From the NCBI GenBank assembly GCA_002633005.1, contig NMRA01000034.1, positions 1,301,540 through 1,365,539 on the forward strand: a DNA stretch of 64,000 nt, read 5' to 3'. Below, piece after piece: positions 12,270 through 25,239 of the stretch. The position numbers were made by a program, and so were the translations under genes. The DNA is from Phoronis australis. Its lineage: Eukaryota > Animalia > Phoronida. Below the pieces are notes generated by a model. That model saw nothing but the letters and a program-made list of their open reading frames with translations. It was not told the origin of the DNA and ran no database searches. How positions within the stretch are numbered: the first letter of the stretch is position 1; each line of letters begins with the position of its first letter.

Positions 12270-12970
12270 TATGTTACTGGTGGGGAGAGCATGGCTGACG
12301 TTCATTTTTGAATGAATCCGGCAACTGCTGCACCGCCCAGTGACAGTTATATTTTTTTACCCTGCCTCAATATCTACTAAGTTTTTTACGATTATGTAGG
12401 ACCTCGAAAAATGGCCAAATTTGGCAAACCTTGGAGCATCCTATTTCAGAAACGGCTGATTCATCTGAAACTTTCAGATGCCATACTTTATAGAATGTAC
12501 TCCAAAATGCCGTTTTTTATAAGTTTCCCACTTTTGCATAAAAGGCTGTTCAAGGTTGGACTTATGATTTTTATGATCAATAGGGTGGTGCATGCCATTT
12601 GTCAATTCCCCCATTCCAGGGACCAGGGTGTAGGATTTTTTTGTATTTTTGGGAGAAGAAGAACCGATGGACAGATTCCAATGAAACTTGACACAGAGGT
12701 GTGTGACAACAATAGCCCCAGTCAAGTTTCAGGCGGTTTCATTCACTGCATCACCCCTTATGGCCACTCTGTTCTTGACAAGAGGCATTTTCAGTAATTT
12801 TGAGGGGATAGTGTTTCCGAGTCGTATCTGAGGACTGAATACTAAACTCTCATGGAACTTGGCACAGACGTATATAACTACAGTCCTCTGGCAGTACGTG
12901 TTGGTTTTCAGATGGATTTGACCAATGCAGTACCCTCTAGTGGCCGTATTGCTTCTGACAAGGGGCTCTG
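12270..12970 (+). repeat. Fragments of the same interspersed family
   Basis: ATGAAACTTGACACAG / GAACTTGGCACAG blocks, TTTTCAGATGGATTTG, and GTACCCTCTAGTGGCC at 12930. Confidence 0.5.
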
Positions 12971-13630
12971 CACTATTTTATGAGTGGTAGACTGATAACT
13001 GAAGGGTTCCAGGTTCAAGCACTAATTGCATGTGAAGAAAATTTTCATCCATTATGCCATGATTGTACCGGGTACCTGAACTCACTCTTCTGAGCACACC
13101 GTAACTCCTGAAGATGACCGTAGAAATTAGCGATGAAACTTTTTGCCAATGCAAACAGGCTAGAGATTGGTGTAAATAGACCAAGAGATTTGTTAGACTT
13201 GGGTCTTGCTACGTCACCACCTCAAAAATGGTTTTAGGAAGTCAAAAACATAATTTATTTAAATTAACCTCTTCAGTGAAGCTCCAACCCCTACAGTTAA
13301 AGATCAGAGGTATCTTGAGCCAAGCACTTTGCCACTGTGCTTTGAAGAATACATGAAGCGAGATGTAGTAATAACAAAACTTGACTTTCAAGTCATTTAC
13401 AAATTTTTTATAACACGGGTTGAATTAATATGGGAATAATCTAAAGAGATTTCAACAATGCTTTAAAACATGTTTCCCTTTATGGTGCTCTGTGAAATCT
13501 AACGATCTTCATGTCTAACATCAATGGAACACTAACCTATATGGTTATTAAAAGAATTTCATAAATTATCACTTCAAGCAGTTCTAGTTGTTATTGTTCT
13601 GATTTTTTCTTTTTCTTAATGTTTACCCAG

Positions 13631-13720
13631 GTTAAGGCTCACGGATGGCTGTCATCGAAACACAATATGGCAATGTCAATTGATCGGGAAATGTGGGAGA
13701 ATGTCAAACAGTGTTCAAAG
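13631..13720 (+). CDS. MGAT2: MGAT2 coding exon 6
   Basis: TTACCCAG| acceptor; VKAHGWLSSKHNMAMSIDREMWENVKQCSK (W.S.KHNM motif); donor AAG|GTAGGT; phase 0 to 0. Confidence 0.92.
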
Positions 13721-13789
13721 GTAGGTTCAACTTAATAGTGTATTCTCTCCAGATTTCAACCACTTAATTAATAATTAAATTTTAAAATT

Positions 13790-14920
13790 GGTCCGTAATT
13801 TTGAAATATCGGTGATCGTGATGTCCTAGTGTTTGTCTTGTTCGCAACGAATTTTCATAAAATTTGGCATGTAGGCATCTGTTATTGAGATGACACTATC
13901 CTGCTGTTTTCGGATGGATTTGAATTATTTTGCGACACCTAGTGGCCATTTTCACTGTGTTTGAGTTTTTTGACATCGGCCTGTCTATCATCCAAACTGC
14001 TCTTAGGATGAATTAGAAATTTCGCATGTATGTTCTTACTATGAAGAGGACTGCTGACGATGATTTTCCGATGACGTTGATTACTGTGGCACCCACCAGT
14101 GGCCGTTTTGTTTTGTTTTGCGTCCATGGCTGTATCTCATAAACACTGCAAAATCTTAACTAAATTATCAAGTGTACTTATGTGAAGTCAACAACGGACG
14201 ACGATGACTTTCGGTGTGCCCCCTAGTGGCAATTTTAGTTTTTTACATTTACCCCAGTCTGTATCTTGAAAGGTCCTCAATGGATTTTCATAAAATTTGG
14301 AATATAGGCATCTATTGGTGAGATGATGCTATTCTTTTGTTTTCAGATGGATTTGAGATATTTTTTGCCACCTAGTGGCCATTTTCGTCATCGAGACTGT
14401 TTTTTGGCATCCACTCCTCTATCAGCCAAACCATTCTAAGGATGAATTTGAAAATTGGCTACTATTTTCTCAATGTGAAGAAGATGGTTGAGGATGACAA
14501 CTTGGACTATGGTGGCGCCTCCTAGTGGCAGTTTTGTTTTGTTTTGTTTCATGCTCATAGCTGAATCTTCTAAACCCATTGCTGAATCTTTAGTATGTGT
14601 ATTTATATGAAGTTAACAACAGACGATGACGACTTTCAGACGGATCCGATGAACGCTGTGCCCCCTAGTGGCAATTTCGTGCTTTTTCCCTTTCTGTGAA
14701 GTTCCTTGACAGATTTTTTTATGAAAATAATTTCAAACTGTTAAATAGCTCTCTATTAAAGAAACAATGGCATGTTCCCGGTTTTGGATGCTGGATTCAA
14801 CATAATTTGCATCATCTAGTGGCTATTTTTATGATTCAGATAAACAACCCTAGAAGCACACAGTTTGTGGTGCATTTGTGGGTGCATTTCAATGTGATGC
14901 TCCGCGTTGTTCTTGTTTAT
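13790..14920 (+). repeat. Second degenerate ~145-bp tandem array of the same family
   Basis: CC(C/A)CCTAGTGGC-type motif at 13932, 14089, 14216, 14365, 14515, 14658 and 14809, with intervening AAATTTGG and GATGACTTTC blocks. Confidence 0.8.
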
Positions 14921-14977
14921 CTGTTGGAAAATGAAAAAGAATTGCATTTACCGTTTATTTACCCAGTAATTTATTCT

Positions 14978-15346
14978 GTGTGTGGGTTTGGGTGTGTGTG
15001 TGTGTGTGTGTGCGTGTGCCCGTGTTTGTTGGTACATACTTGAGTGTTCTCCATGGATTTCAAATTGCCAGTTTGAAAAAGGGCACCAATTATGCTGTCT
15101 TTCTTCCAGGTATTCTGTGATTTTGATGACTACAACTGGGATTGGTCTCTCCAGCACATCAGTGCCAAGTGTCTAAAGAATAGTCTTCGAGTAATGGTGG
15201 TCTCATCACCAAGAGTGTTCCACATGGGAGAATGGTAAGATGTTCAACCATCAGGTTGGGGAAAATCTTATAGTAAGCAGTAGGAGACCTTATGCACCCA
15301 CATATTTTCATGTGTGGGTGCATTCTGCGCCATNGTGTGTGGGTTT

Positions 15347-15377
<31 letters not shown>

Positions 15378-15692
15378 CCCGTGTTTGTTGGTACATACTT
15401 GAGTGTTCTCCACGGATTTCAAATTGCCAGTTTGAAAAAGGGCACCAATTATGCTGTCTTTCTTCCAGGTATTCTGTGATTTTGATGACTACAACTGGGA
15501 TTGGTCTCTCCAGCACATCAGTGCCAAGTGTCTAAAGAATAGTCTTCGAGTAATGGTGGTCTCATCACCAAGAGTGTTCCACATGGGAGAATGGTAAGAT
15601 GTTCAACCATCAGGTTGGGGAAAATCTTATAGTAAGCAGTAGGAGACCTTATGCACCCACATATTTTCATGTGTGGGTGCATTCTGCGCCAT
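14978..15692. other. 359-bp-offset direct duplication joined by a single N (15334); probable assembly artefact duplicating exon 7
   Basis: Near-identical copies differing by (GT)n length and a C/T; N lies exactly at the junction. Confidence 0.8.
15110..15234 (+). CDS. MGAT2: MGAT2 coding exon 7 (second identical copy at 15469-15593)
   Basis: TTCTTCCAG| acceptor; VFCDFDDYNWDWSLQHISAKCLKNSLRVMVVSSPRVFHMGE(C) with the conserved FC.YDDYNWDW motif; donor TG|GTAAGA; phase 0 to 2. Confidence 0.92.
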
Positions 15693-16193
15693 CTAATGGT
15701 CATTTTTGTGATACTAAAAACAGCATAGAAGCACACCATTTGCTGTGGTGTCATGGGTGCATTTCAGCACTCTGCGTTACTTTAGTTTATTTACTGAATA
15801 ATTGACCCCCATCTGTAAGAGGGTATTGCGTTACTTCAGTCAGTTTGCTCACTGCATGCTTGATGCCAGTCACGTGAGATTGTGAAAGGTATCCTGTAGG
15901 ATATTTCAATATTTGAGCTGCGAATTTGATCAAGTCATTTTTGTTACTCAGTGGACATGTGAATAAACCATGCACATGGTCTGCATCAGTGTCGTCATCC
16001 TTTAGTCCAGTGTTTAAGCTGGCAAATTTTCAAGAAACAAATTGCCCAATATTACAGCTTCAGACCAATCAGCCAGTCAACCAATGGGCCATCAGACCAG
16101 TTGTAAGTCTGGTGACAAGTATGTAGCTAATGATAAGCACTAGAATTTGCATTTGACAGTTCTTAATTGCAAACCATGTTTTATTGTTTTCAG

Positions 16194-16416
16194 CGGTGTT
16201 CACCACAAGGGTAAAAATTGCGATCCAGCACCCTTGCATGATACCATCACTAAAGTGTTGAAGGACAATAAACATCGTTTATTTCCATCAAGAATCTCTC
16301 TTGATGGTAGTTCTGTATCTGTGAATCGAGTCTATAAACCCAATGGAGGTTGGGGAGATATTAGGGATAGGGAGTTATGTAAAAGTTTTATAAGTGATAC
16401 CAAACAGAAGAGGTAG
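16194..16416 (+). CDS. MGAT2: MGAT2 coding exon 8 (terminal)
   Basis: TTTTCAG| acceptor; (C)GVHHKGKNC...KPNGGWGDIRDRELCKSF..stop. The eight exons total 1365 nt = 454 aa plus stop, with consistent phases. Confidence 0.93.
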
Positions 16417-18352
16417 CAGCACTGAGCTGCGTCGTCAAAACAAGTGGTCGCTGTTGTGAGTGGTCTAAGGAATTCTTGGTAAATTCTGTGCTGTACATTA
16501 CCATGATTGAGAATGATACCATATGTTGCCAATTCTGACAACTGTGTCAGAGTTTTAATTGAAAGGGATTCATCGCTGGCTCTTGAAATTATCTTGAGTG
16601 TTAGCATTTCTGTTATACTAAGTTGTATCAACTTTGTGATGTTGTTGTACTGTATTTTGTAAAGTTTAACTCTCATGCGTAGCCCAGTGATTATGCACCC
16701 ACATTAAATTGTATAATTATGTTGGTATGTAGTTGTCATCATGCTGTCCAGTCACCCAGTTGTCTGCTGGATGTCTCAAAAACACCTGTGTGGATCTTTT
16801 GGAGGGAAGAGCATTTCTGAATGATATCTAGAGAAATGCTTTGATGACACTTCCCACATATGCATGGGAATGCAATCGAGTTTTGGGCATATTAGGCTAC
16901 TGCAGCATATCCTAGTGGCTGTTTGGTCCTGTCCATTTGTCTGTGTGATGTCTGAAAAAGCCTGGAGTTAGTTTGATGGAATTTAGCAGAAGCTCTCATG
17001 GCGCCAAAATGACACACCCCCGGGTATGCGTGCCTTTTGAGTGTGTGTCATTTCTGTATAGTTTATCCAAAAAGTTAGTGAGGAATTTTTATAAAAATTT
17101 AGGTTAGATATGGAGCAAGCACTGGTCGTCCATACAGTTTTTGGCATGATCCTTGTAGTCAGTGTTCTTGTGCTGCAACCCTTATTAAACAACGTGCACG
17201 GGCGCGTCCATGTTGCTTTTCATCGCCACCAAGTAAGAGTTCTAATAATGATAATGTTCCTCAGATCTGGAAACCACCCTTCAATCCGCAAAAATGTGAA
17301 CACTTTGTGAACGCAATTGTTAGTTTTCTAAAAATGCACCACTCTGTGTGTTCTAGTTTAGGAACTCCTAGTGTTCAAGTTGGACTGAACTTTACAATGC
17401 CAGGTGTTCAAATTTGAACACATTCTGACTATTCCAGCTACACCTTATGATCAAATTGTCTGCTTGTACCTCATTTGAAGCTGATAAGCATGCCTAGAAA
17501 CAGTATTCTGTTAGCGATTCACTGTGGTGCTTTGTGGTGCTCTTGTCTTGTAAACGTTCATTTTGTTCAGTTATTACTCAATTTCAATATGAATCACCAA
17601 TTGCTGTTGCCTATGGTGTTATTTGAAAATGCAGTGTCACTGTCATTTTGAAGACCATAGCAACTACAAATTGTGACTAATGTGGTGTCAGTAATTGCTT
17701 TTTTAGTTTTGTTTAAGATCAATCACTAAATTTTCAAAGCACTTTTTAAAGTTTTGAGCATCTTCAGATCAAACAGCAGTGCAGTAAGGATGCCATCCCA
17801 ATCTTAGGAGGGATGTTGCCATTCAAGCACTAATCGAGTCACGTACCCACTTATGACATCTTGAAAATATACCGCCTCCACTATAAACCATGGTGCCGTC
17901 ATGCACACACACACAGAGTAGAGTACTGTAAACGCCAATGTGTTCCATCACCTGATGTTCCCAACAACGTTTAGTACCATCGTTTTCACGAAAAACACTT
18001 TGGTGCCCAAAGATTGGAAATGTTGTTCCTGTGCATCGCATGGCTGACGTGGGAGAACAACACCTGACGAATGATTAACATGTACCAAGTACAACAGTTA
18101 TAACTTTATTGGCAGGATAATAGCTTGATTTTTGGGTACACATATCAGACATATATCGGTAATCATGTAAATGTTGACTTTCTGGGTGAGGTGTCATCAA
18201 ATTACGAGGAATATACAGATTAAGGTAGAAAATGATGTTTGTTATTTAATTTAATTTAAATAAAGTCATCCTCATGTATGATGTCATTGTTATTTTCATT
18301 GCACCTAAAACAATTATGTCTCAACGTTGCAGAATTCAGGTTAACAGTTGAA

Positions 18353-19105
18353 GTATAATGAGACACGAGTATAACTGAGACATGAGTATAACTAAGACAC
18401 GAGTATAACAGAGACATGAGTATAACTGAGACACGAGTATAACAGACACGAGTATAACAGAGACACGAGTATAACTGAGACACGAGTGTAACTGAGACAT
18501 GAGTGTAACTGAGACACGAGTGTAACTGAGAAACGAGTGTNNNNNNNNNNNNNNNNNNNNNNNNNNNNNNNNNNNNNNNNNNNNNNNNNNNNNNNNNNNN
18601 NNNNNNNNNNNNNNNNNNNNNNNNNNNNNNNNNNNNNNNNNNNNNNNNNNNNNNNNNNNNNNNNNNNNNNNNNNNNNNNNNNNNNNNNNNNNNNNNNNNN
18701 NNNNNNNNNNNNNNNNNNNNNNNNNNNNNNNNNNNNNNNNNNNNNNNNNNNNNNNNNNNNNNNNNNNNNNNNNNNNNNNNNNNNNNNNNNNNNNNNNNNN
18801 NNNNNNNNNNNNNNNNNNNNNNNNNNNNNNNNNNNNNNNNNNNNNNNNNNNNNNNNNNNTAACTGAGACACGAGTGTAACTGAGACACGAGTGTAACTGA
18901 GACACGAGTGTAACAGAGAAACGAGTATAACTGAGACACGAGTATATCGGAGACACGAGTATAACCGAGACACGAGTATAACAGAGACACGAGTATAACT
19001 GAAACACGAGTATAACAGAGACACGAGTATAACTGAGAAGCGAGTATAACTGAGACACGAGTATAACTGAGACACGAGTGTAACTGAGACAATATTATAA
19101 CTGAG
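18353..19105. repeat. 17-bp minisatellite (GAGTATAACTGAGACAC)n spanning an N gap (18541-18859)
   Basis: Directly visible tandem units on both sides of the gap; it explains the repetitive ORFs at 18256-19128. Confidence 0.95.
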
Positions 19106-19775
19106 ATATCATCCAAGTCAACTAGCAATTTATTTGTTTATGTTGGCTTCTATATCTAGTTTGCAGTTGCTTAACAGATTCTCTAAACAAATTTATTTTA
19201 AGCCAGAACGCCCAGAACTTGATTAGGCGTATTTAACCACAATTGTGCTGTAACATTCGTCGAGCAGTTCTCTGGCCTCGTTCTAGCGCCATTATTTTGT
19301 CTTGTGTTGTTTGTTGGTGTGTTATTATAGAGATTTCCGCGAAATTTCACTGCTAAGCCGTGGGCTGCAACTGCGGTTGCAGAAAGAGAAATATCCGTGG
19401 ATGCGATATTTTATGACATGATTCCGGGAAGCAGCTGTAAAACGAGACCTGATGTAACAACGCGTTTTCCATCATCTAGGACAAAGGAAATTTCTATCCA
19501 GGACCGTCCTTAACCTGTTCTAATTTTGCCATGAAGCCTACACACATTCAACCAGAGGGATTATTAAAATAAAGAGCCACGTAAACAGAGTGACAAGGGG
19601 GCCATCTAACGGCCAACGTTAAACATTCTGAAGGAAAATGACGTTGTCAACTAAATATTGCAATAATCAAGTATCTCTGTTTCGAACTGAGGAAAATATG
19701 GGCTGGAGCTATTAAAGCAGGTTTTGTCCTCCACAGATTGCTACGAGTTGAGTTGTATCTCTTGCTCTCATAAAA

Positions 19776-22553
19776 CCCATACCAAATTAAATAGGCCTTC
19801 CTGCAAACACTTGCCGCAAGCTTGCCGCAAAGTTGCGGCAAGCTTGCTGCAAAAGTTTCTGCAAACCAGCCGCAAACACGTAGAATCAACTCTGACTAAA
19901 GAGTGGATGCAAATTTCCTGCAACCCAGCCGCAAACATTGCCGCATGCTTGCCGCAAACATGCAGCAAACTTTTACCATGCAAATGAAGTTTGCCGCAAG
20001 CTTGCAGCAAACATCTCTATGTCCTTATATGGAACAGTTCCTGCAACCCAGCCGCACACATTGCTGCAAGCTTGCCGCGAACATCTCAATGTTCTTATAT
20101 GGAACAGTTCCTGCAACCCAGCCGAACACATTGCTGCAAGCTTACCGCAATCATCTTCATGGAGTTTGTAGAAGTTTCTACGAACCACCAGAAAAAATAT
20201 TGCTGCAAGACTACAACATACATGTATTTGAATTGTGGCACGAATAATTTAATGCAGAAATGCCCTTGACAAATACATAATTTTTATTGCATGCCCGCTT
20301 GTTAAAACAAGAAAATACACAATCATCTGCACACTGGATTTAACATGATAATTTTCAATCTGATGTATAACGACTAGAAATGAAAACAAAATCAAATGAC
20401 AATGAATAACAGAAACTATAAAAGTGTCTACAGTGGCAATTAGTAATAATACTTGTATTACAATCAAAATTGTATCTAGAGAGAACAACTTGAATGTATG
20501 AAAGCTTTAGTTACAATATACTGAGATGCTTTATTCTTAACGCACGACAAAATCTATAATAATTGCAACAATGATATTATTTACCTGACTAAACTAACAA
20601 CAACACAGAGCGTTGAAATGCATCCAACGGTGTGTTTATTAGCATTGAAAATGGCGCAAAATATGTCGAATGCCTGTGGAGAAAACCATGAAATTTGACT
20701 TTCCCCGTGGAAAGGCATGCTTAGAACAGCATGTCGAGCATATTTAAGCATTTTATTTTAAATTACCTCATTACTTGTCAACTGAAAAAAATCACTCTTA
20801 ACAATTATAAACATATTTATTTTTCCCATGTTCATCTAAAATACTTGAAAACTGTCCAATACTTCATCGATTACTATTTTTGCTTCCCAGTATGGTTTCA
20901 TGATAGATCAGTCTACTGAATGGGCTATCATTGAACTTGTAGGCCTATGTTGAAATTTGCAATATTTCGACTATAGCGATATCATCCAATAACATCATTC
21001 ATTTATCTAAGACATCAAACATGAATTATACCTTTCCATTTTAAAATATTACCATGGTGTTGAAAAGAACAACTACAGAGGTTATCCAGTTGTAACCATA
21101 CTAGTGGACATTCTAAACACATTCTACTCCAGACTAATCTGTATTACCGCAATCAGTGGTGTTCCATAGGGATCATATGGGATGATCGCTCGTGTTTTCT
21201 TCCATGTTTGTTCTAACCAACCTTGAGATGCTGTACATGCCATCTGTTCCGGTGTTTTCAACTTAAACTTGTTGCCGCATAACCTCTGCATTGTGTCTTT
21301 TGCTCTTCTGCTCATGTATGAACAAACAGTTGAACTTGTGTTCAATAGTTTGACTGCAGACTGAGAACTGGTGTATGACTGAAGGTGATGGCAGTTAAAA
21401 CACCTACCAGTAGTTAAATATGCAATATGCTAATCTTATTTTGTGCCCAATAGTTACCATGCATTAAACCAAAATAAAAATTTGTTGTTCCTATAGTGAT
21501 TCAAACAGTCAGAGAGCGATGTGAAAATTGACACAAACTTAAGTTTTACAGTCTCAATTAAGTGATTATTTTGAAGGACTGGTTACATGAAACTTGACAA
21601 TGTTTTGGAAACTAGTTGATTCTGGTCTCAATCCCAGTTAACTCATTTGAAATCTGTGCTGTACTTTTCCCTAACCATTATATCCTCCAATTTGGCTGAA
21701 TCAGTAAGAAAAACAAGTTCCTTTTGTTTGTAATACCAAAACTACTGATTCATGAATGAAGTCTAAGTAATTTTACTTAACAATCACATCAACATAAATA
21801 CAATATTAAATTCAAAACTCACATCCATACAGTTCTTCAGTTATCCATGTATAGTCTAGGCTGTACCAAAACCGTTTGAATTTGGTTCAAATGAAAGCTA
21901 TAGGTCACTTCCCAGGCATGTAACCTTGACAACCACATGCTTTCCTTGATAACAGTCCCACCAGATCAACATGTGGCTGGGCTAGCATAATTTAAATAAA
22001 CAATCAACAGCCCTAGAGGCATTAAACATTAATGTATTCCAAGAAAACCGTCCTAGCAGTTCAACATGTAGCTGGGCTAGTATGATTAAAATAAACAATA
22101 ACTATAGAAGCATAAGACAATAATATAAGGACACTAGTGAAATTAAATTTCTTATTTTTCATACATAATGTGCAGTACCACAAGAATCCCGAGTCATATC
22201 CAAATCCATACCATAGCTGCTGACAGACAATATTTTGAAAAATTGTGGGTCTTCACAACAATGCTAAATGTCCTTGAAAAATCAAAATGAGTTATTTTTG
22301 GCAATCATTTTTGTCCGAAATAGACAATTTTACTGTAGCTACAGTGGCTGCTACCACCTGATTATGAGATAATTTCAAACGTTGGAAAAGTACAAATCGC
22401 TCTAAATGCTAATACTTGCACATTTGGTGAAATTGGATCATATATTTGTTTATGGTTTGTATTGATATTTATTATGCTTGTTTACACAACATGCAGGTAA
22501 CACTGCCTTTGTTGTTTTAAAGCAATTGCATTTAATATTTTTCTGTTCTGACT

Positions 22554-22584
<31 letters not shown>

Positions 22585-23455
22585 TTATTGTGATATTTAA
22601 AATGAGGGTGGCCTCTTCAGTGATAGCACTGCTTTCCAAGAGGGCCCTCAACAAGAAAAACAGTAATATAATACAATGAAGTAATAAAACAACAATGAAA
22701 TATACGTAACAAAGATACAATTAAAACAGTTAAGGTTGAGAATTAAGACAATAACTAAATGACAAATAATGGTAAAACATTAACTAAGACAGATGAAATA
22801 AATTAAGAGATGACTCTAGACAATGAGAGTATTTACGACAATGAAAAAATGACATGATTAAGACAGGCAGGGTATAAAAGGTTAAGTAAATTACAGCCAC
22901 TTTTTAACATTAACTTTAAAGGTAGTAATTGAGTTGGACCGTTGACAGCAGTATGAAAGTTTAAAACTTGTTAAGTATAGTGACTGAATAAAAAACAAAG
23001 TACATACAGATGCAGTTATATTCTCTAGTGTTTTAGGTTGCATTTGGTCATCTTTGAGCATTTGTTGTTCTTAACAATGTAACTTACCCAACAGTAGGTC
23101 ACATTTAGGTACTAATTGATCTAAAATAAGTAACTACCCTGCTCAGGTTCTGGGATTTGAGGTTTCTTTGAAATTTAGAAAATAAAAAACAATGTTACAA
23201 TTTCTAACATTGTCACAATCTTAGTGCTAACACTTTAAACATTGAAGTTTACTGGAAATTTCGTGCAAGCACTTTTTCACCTATTCCTGAGAACACTTTT
23301 CACCAATAAAGCTTCCTGCAACTTTCCCGCAAACACTTTTCAACAATAAAGTTTCCTGCAACTTCCCCGCAAACACTTTTTCAATCACCAAGTTTGCCGC
23401 AAGCTTGCGGCATGTTTGCTGCAAGCTTGCGGCAAACATGGTCTTTTGGTATGGG
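19776..23455. mobile_element. ~3.7-kb non-autonomous CMC/EnSpm-like DNA transposon
   Basis: Short TIR CCCATACCAAA / TTTGGTATGGG. Dense subterminal repeats TTGCCGCAAGC / TTCCTGCAA at 19798-20210 and 23260-23437. No transposase ORF; TSD not evident. Confidence 0.7.
22550..22960 (-). mobile_element. 3' end fragment of an L2/CR1-type retroelement
   Basis: (TAAA)n tail on the minus strand (22553-22588), preceded by stem-loop GAGGGCCCTCTTGGAAAGCAGTGCTATCACTGAAGAGGCCACCCTC. Confidence 0.5.
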
Positions 23456-25239
23456 TGGTCTTGTAGCATTCCAGTGACTAGATTCTGTCTTTGTTCAACA
23501 AGAAAATCGAAACCATTAACGACTCAAGAAAGCGCTTCAGAGTTTATTAGGTCGGCCATCCACAAAATTGCCGTGACTTGAACAATTAAAGACCGGGTGC
23601 GTGTGGTAGTTTCTAAACTCCCAACCACCTCGGTTATGAATTCAACATTGGCAGCTTAACAGCAGCGAAGTGCCCCTCTAAGGACATGCGCCTCCTGACG
23701 AAACATACGAGTAAAAATGTTCCTTGAAAAACGCATTCTCCTGAGGACCACGTATATTGTCTGCTGTGACAAGCAAATTAATAAGCCTGGTCTGAAGTTA
23801 ATTTTCTGCAGTATAACAAAGATATACTACCTTATTTCTTAAAGATAAAATTTGTGGTATAAACATTTTGGGTCATTGTCTAGCCTGTTGCTAAATAGAA
23901 AGTGTGGAGGGTTATACAGTACCTCCAGAGAAAGAGTGTCCTGTCCAACTTTACATTTTCGAGTGGACTGATGAACCAATCCAGAGCATGGAAATATTTT
24001 TTCAGTCATGATAAACGAGAAAAAGATTTCATTGTCAAATTATGGATTCCAAGAAGTTTGGTTAAACCAATTCGTTGTGTGTAAAAATACTTTTCTGCTA
24101 ATTTTTAGACAGCGAGTAAGGGGTTGTTATTTGCAAGGATGGAGACAGTGTTGAGAGTAATCCTATACTGCGTTTTTATTATCAATTTACCCCCTGCATA
24201 AATTGATAAAAAATTATACTGAAGGGTATTACTGGAATTTTACGTCTGTTTTCAAGTTCAATTACTTAATGTTAACAAGTGATGATGCTAAATTAGTTAA
24301 CCTGTGTGTATGTATTTTATGCTTTTCGACTCCGTGATAGCTTGCTGCACTCGTAAGTATATTATAATATGTTGTTCTTTTGTACAGTGGGCCTATGACC
24401 TTTATTACAGAAATAAATTAATTGATACTTAATGTGGAATTATTAGCCTAACAATTACATCCAAACCATGCTGCTATTCAAAGTCATCTTGCTATTTAAG
24501 ATTACATGTAAATCATGTTGTGCAGTTAAGAAATTTTAATTTCATAAAAGAGTTTCTGAATCTCTGTCACAATTTTCACATTCCACAAACATGTGACTAA
24601 AGGTTTCAACAGTTCCACAAGTTAGACATGTGTTTTTACTTGTCTAACTATAATGTAATTGCATCTTATCCAAAATGATTTTTGTATAAAACTTTCTTTG
24701 AATACAATAATATTTCCAAGTTCTAACCTAAGGAGGCAACAAGTGTGTGGAAGAACAAAAATTTAGTTAATTTGTTGTCTAAGGTAAATGTCAATCAAGC
24801 TGTATTCTATATCCGGAGGCGAAACAATTTTGTATTGGGGAATTTTAACTTCAGGTTTTCAACATGTATGCCTTTTATTAAATTGCTGTTTCGTGAATAA
24901 TTGCCCATAACTTCAATCGCTAAGCAAAATAATGAGCCTAACCTGATAAGGAATAACCCTGTATCACGTCCCCTTCAATGGAAAAACAATCTGCATTGAA
25001 TCCATTATAGGCAACTGAAGGTATTGGTTTAGTATATTCTTTACCCATCTTCTAAAAACCTTATCCAAAATTAAAACCATTTAATGTTTGAAAAATAAAA
25101 TTCAATTTTATTGTATCATAGGCTTTGCAAAAGTCTAAAAATAGAATTTGATCCTGGCCATGGGAAATATTTGCATATGAAATAATACCCTGAATGATTA
25201 AACCTATATATCGTCCTGTAACAGCTGTTTGACTTGTGT

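Noticed and set aside
15469-15593. Mutually exclusive alternative exon
   Set aside because: Identical to exon 7 with an N at the junction; an artefact is more parsimonious.
18256-19128. Long ORFs (227-290 aa)
   Set aside because: Products of a 17-bp minisatellite and an N gap.
19647-20269. Overlapping Cys/Ala/Gln-rich ORFs
   Set aside because: Translations of transposon subterminal repeats.
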